DNA of 64,000 nucleotides from Octopus vulgaris (taxonomy: Eukaryota). The position numbers and the translations under genes were made by a program. How positions within the stretch are numbered: position 1 is the stretch's first letter; each line of letters opens with the position of its first letter. This document shows, piece after piece, positions 63,100-64,000 of this stretch. Below the pieces are notes generated by a model. That model was not told the origin of the DNA, did no database searches, and saw nothing but the letters and a program-made list of their open reading frames with translations. The stretch lies in the NCBI GenBank assembly GCA_951406725.2, contig OX597814.1:199764001-199828000 (forward strand). The letters run 5' to 3'.

Positions 63100-63465
63100 A
63101 TCCAAACATGAAAACACATAGAGAAAACACAACAACGCGAGGATGTGGAACAAGTATAGTGTTATTGGACACTCAGGAAAGGAAAGATCCAAGGGAGGGA
63201 AGATGGAGGAAAAAAATCACCAACGTGGTCACATATATATGTGTGTGTGTGTGTATGTTTGTGTGTCTGTGTTTGTCCCCCCAACATTGCTTGACAACCG
63301 ATGCTGGTGTGTTTACATCCCTGTAACCTAATGGTTTGGCAAAAGAGACCAATAAAGTAAGTACTAGGCTTACAAAGAATAATTCCTGGGGTCGATTTTC
63401 TCAGCTTAAAAAGCTGTGCTCCAGCATGGCCACAGTCAAATGACTGAAACCAGTAAAAGAGTAGA
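62875..63465 (+). mobile_element. SINE family A with PLE-like insert (63096-63232) in its (TA)n
   Basis: Insert resembles 3790-3995 but lacks the hammerhead segment. Confidence 0.85.
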
Positions 63466-63652
63466 GTATGAGATGAGATGGTACATGCATGCATTTATGT
63501 AAGTGCTTTACTAGCCATCCCTGAAAACATGTGGTTTATTACATATTATAACAAATATAATCTTTTATTTTATTATATAATCTGTAAAAAGTAAATGGAG
63601 TATTTGTTTGTTTTGTTTTTTACTAATGATCCTTTGTTTTGTGTTATTTCAG

Positions 63653-63700
63653 CTGCACAAGTGCCAGGCGAAGAACTTGAACAAACAAAATATATTGAAG
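63653..63700 (+). CDS. Candidate 48-nt internal exon of an unidentified host gene (xAQVPGEELEQTKYIE)
   Basis: tactaat branch-like site at 63621, U-rich tract, tttcAG acceptor, GAAG/GTAAAT donor, open phase 1-1 frame, non-repetitive context. Confidence 0.55.
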
Positions 63701-64000
63701 GTAAATCTTGATAAAATATTCCTTATACATTCAGTCATGATGTGAGAGTTGTTTCCTTTTCCTTATGTTGCAGGTAAGATTTTTATGAGGTCATAAAATT
63801 AATATCTTTCAAAAACAGATTTTCTCCTGTTCGTTTTACAGACATTTAAATCACTCCAATAACTGCAAAAAAAAAAAGGAAGAACAACAAAAAAAAAAAC
63901 CAATCCAATTTCATTATTTTCAATGCAGTAAATCTGATTGCGTATATATCTTTTTTTTAATCCCAAGATCCATATCAAAACACTTTACAGAATGTATGAT

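Overview
AT-rich eukaryotic non-coding DNA, almost entirely repeats. The SINE repertoire strongly suggests an octopus (cephalopod) genome; this is inferred from repeat families, not from a database search. The window is probably a long intron or intergenic stretch. None of the supplied ORFs is a credible host gene; the best host-gene signal is a 48-nt exon-like segment at 63653-63700. Contents: about 70 tRNA-derived SINE copies (several head/body/tail combinations), RTE, CR1-group and R4/Dong LINE remnants, two non-autonomous Helitrons, a Chapaev3-type transposase fragment split by a LINE, a (TAA)n-targeted non-coding retroelement, and many microsatellites. The most interesting layer is a set of small Penelope-like (PLE) remnants and fold-back hairpins carrying at least ten hammerhead-ribozyme-like motifs. 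These include minimal type I motifs, core variants, a tRNA-headed SINE ending in a hammerhead, and two motifs whose strands appear in a non-circularly permuted order (972-1054 minus; 60256-60336 plus). All structures were read by eye, and repeat boundaries are approximate (about +/-10-20 bp) unless a TSD or terminus is quoted.
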